Shown here piece by piece: positions 62,192 to 64,000 of a stretch of DNA of 64,000 bases (within the stretch, counting starts at the first letter, position 1; every line of letters begins with the position of its first letter). The stretch lies in assembly GCA_036785375.1 (NCBI GenBank), contig JAWMAR010000050.1, positions 9,176,001 to 9,240,000 of the forward strand, given 5' to 3'. Made by a program: the position numbers and the translations under genes. The notes under the pieces are model-generated. The model was not told the DNA's origin and did not search any database. It worked only from the letters and a program-made list of their open reading frames with translations. Source of the DNA: Leucoraja ocellata. Its lineage: Eukaryota.

Positions 62192-62700
62192 TTATAGTTT
62201 CTGCCTCAACTACCTCCTCCAGCAGCTCATTCCATATACCCATGATCCTCGGTGTGAAAAAGTTACCCCTCAGATTCCTAGTAAATCTTTCTCCCAACAC
62301 CCTAATCCTATGTCCTCTGGTTCCTGATTCCCCTAGATAGGCACAAAATGCTAGAGTAACTCAGCAGGACAGGCAGCATCTCTGGAGAGAAGGATTGGGT
62401 GATGTTTCGGGTCGAGACCCTTCTTCAGAATCTCCTATTTTAGGTATATGACTGCATTTAACCTATCTATTCTTTTCATGATTTTAAACATCTCTATAAG
62501 ATTACCTCTCATCTTCCTGTGCTCCAAGGACAACAATCCTACCCTCTCTGTCCTCTCCCTATAGCTCAGGCCCTCATGTTCTGGTACCATCCTCGTAAAT
62601 CTTCTCTGCTCTCTTTGCAGAATAGCACCATCTTTCCTATAACAAGGTGACCACAAATGAACACAATACATCCCAAATTCAATACTCAAAGGCCAATGTG
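62192..62700 (-). mobile_element. Old CR1 3' fragment with nested Penelope-derived piece (62335-62428)
   Basis: RGNFFTPRIMGIWNEL and LSLEHRKMRGNLIEMFKIM translations. Confidence 0.8.
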
Positions 62701-62887
62701 CCATTTGTATTGATTGTAATGGCTACTTTCTTACTGGTATGCCATCCCAGGATGTACCAACATGCTTTCATCTCTGAACATGTGATGAAATCCCCAGTAA
62801 TATATCCCAATTTGGTAACCATCAAACGCTAGTAAAAATTGTCCTCTGCAGTTTATTACAACTTATAAACAAGATATATTATGCCAG

Positions 62888-62982
62888 GGTACACAAAATT
62901 GCTGGAGAAACTCAGCGGGTGCAGCAGCATCTATGGAGCGACGGAAATAGGCGACGTTTCGGGCCAAAACCCTTCGTCAGAC
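62888..62982 (-). mobile_element. Penelope-derived short element with hammerhead core
   Basis: Minus strand GTCTGACGAAGGGTTTTGGCCCGAAACGTCGCC. Confidence 0.8.
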
Positions 62983-64000
62983 ATATATTATGCCAGTATC
63001 TCTTCTTGTTTAATAATCCTACATAAAACTCTAATGGTGACTGATGCTAAAATTCACAGTTTTTGAGAGTTCAGTTCATGTTAGCTTGGAACCCACTGTA
63101 AATTGCCAGCAGAGTTTACACTCACACTCTTCCCTGCCAGATGTGGGGCACCATCTTTCTGGCTCTCTGTACCATATAGATACAAATTATGTTAGCATTA
63201 CAGTAAATTCTTTTTTTTAATGATTAAAATCCTCATTTTTTTTTAAGTGAACTAAAAATCCCTTAGAAATAATGAACTAGCTTTAAACTAAATGAAAATT
63301 ATCACGAGGGAATAACTCCTAATCTGCAGGCCTACAATCCCCATTAAAAGTAATGGGGTCTAGAATCAATGTGGAGTCCGGTGACACAGTGAAATAACCT
63401 ACTAGGCTCTCTGAAACTGTCTATAAATCCCATATTTCTGTGCCACCAAATATCCTGGATGTACGTTCATGGATGAATGCAGGCAGTTGCAACCAGCTAA
63501 AGTCAACACTATCTGGACCAGTAATATATTTTATGCAATTTGCATGATATGAAACCAATAACAATATAATTTTGATCCACAATCTTCAGAAACTTGGTAC
63601 AAAAGAACAAGATAAAATCCAACAGGTCACTAAGAAAACTTAATACAGATGTTAAACTATATTTTCTCTGACTTTGGGTTACATTGTTAGCAAAATATTC
63701 CACCCGGGGCTATATTTTAAGACGTACCAACAGATTCATGAAATAAACCATAGCTTGCATATGGAGAGCTTTTTGTCACATAATTATAAAAGATGTGAAA
63801 ATGCATTCCAGATAAAGTGAAACAATTGAATCCAGCCTGGAACAATATTTCTGGAGTATTATTAAAAAAAAACAATTAAGTATTTAAGAGATTATGTTCA
63901 GTTCATAATGAATTCAGTAACAGATATTGCTGGCACCTTCGTGTTCAGTAGAATGAAGTGGGAATAAGAGGAATACCATACTCATTTAAAAGTGCATGTT

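Overview
Eukaryotic (vertebrate) genomic DNA. It is AT-rich, repeat-dense and has one 246-N assembly gap (36766-37011). The repeat complement (CR1/HER1-type LINEs, HE1-type tRNA-derived V-SINEs, Rex1/Babar LINEs, abundant Penelope-derived short elements) points to a cartilaginous fish, probably a skate or ray (inference). The only well-supported host-gene feature is a minus-strand first coding exon (44511->44385, MGNTTSS..., likely N-myristoylated, gene not identified) in a CpG-rich promoter region; bases 1-44384 then read as its long intron(s). The rest is a layered transposon landscape. It includes a full-length CsRn1-type Gypsy LTR retrotransposon (53221-57683: identical 212-bp LTRs, 4-bp TSD, tRNA-Trp PBS, GGGAAAC -1 frameshift site with a predicted pseudoknot) and a circularly permuted PPT-LTR-PBS element (26903-27800). 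It also holds many Penelope-like fragments carrying hammerhead-ribozyme cores, repeatedly inserted as inverted pairs with 14-15 bp TSDs, non-autonomous Helitrons carrying a TATA-ETS-Inr module and minisatellites, and Harbinger-, Tigger- and hAT-type MITEs, often nested. Most ORFs in the supplied track are spurious. All coordinates were read by eye; ends of old repeats are approximate.
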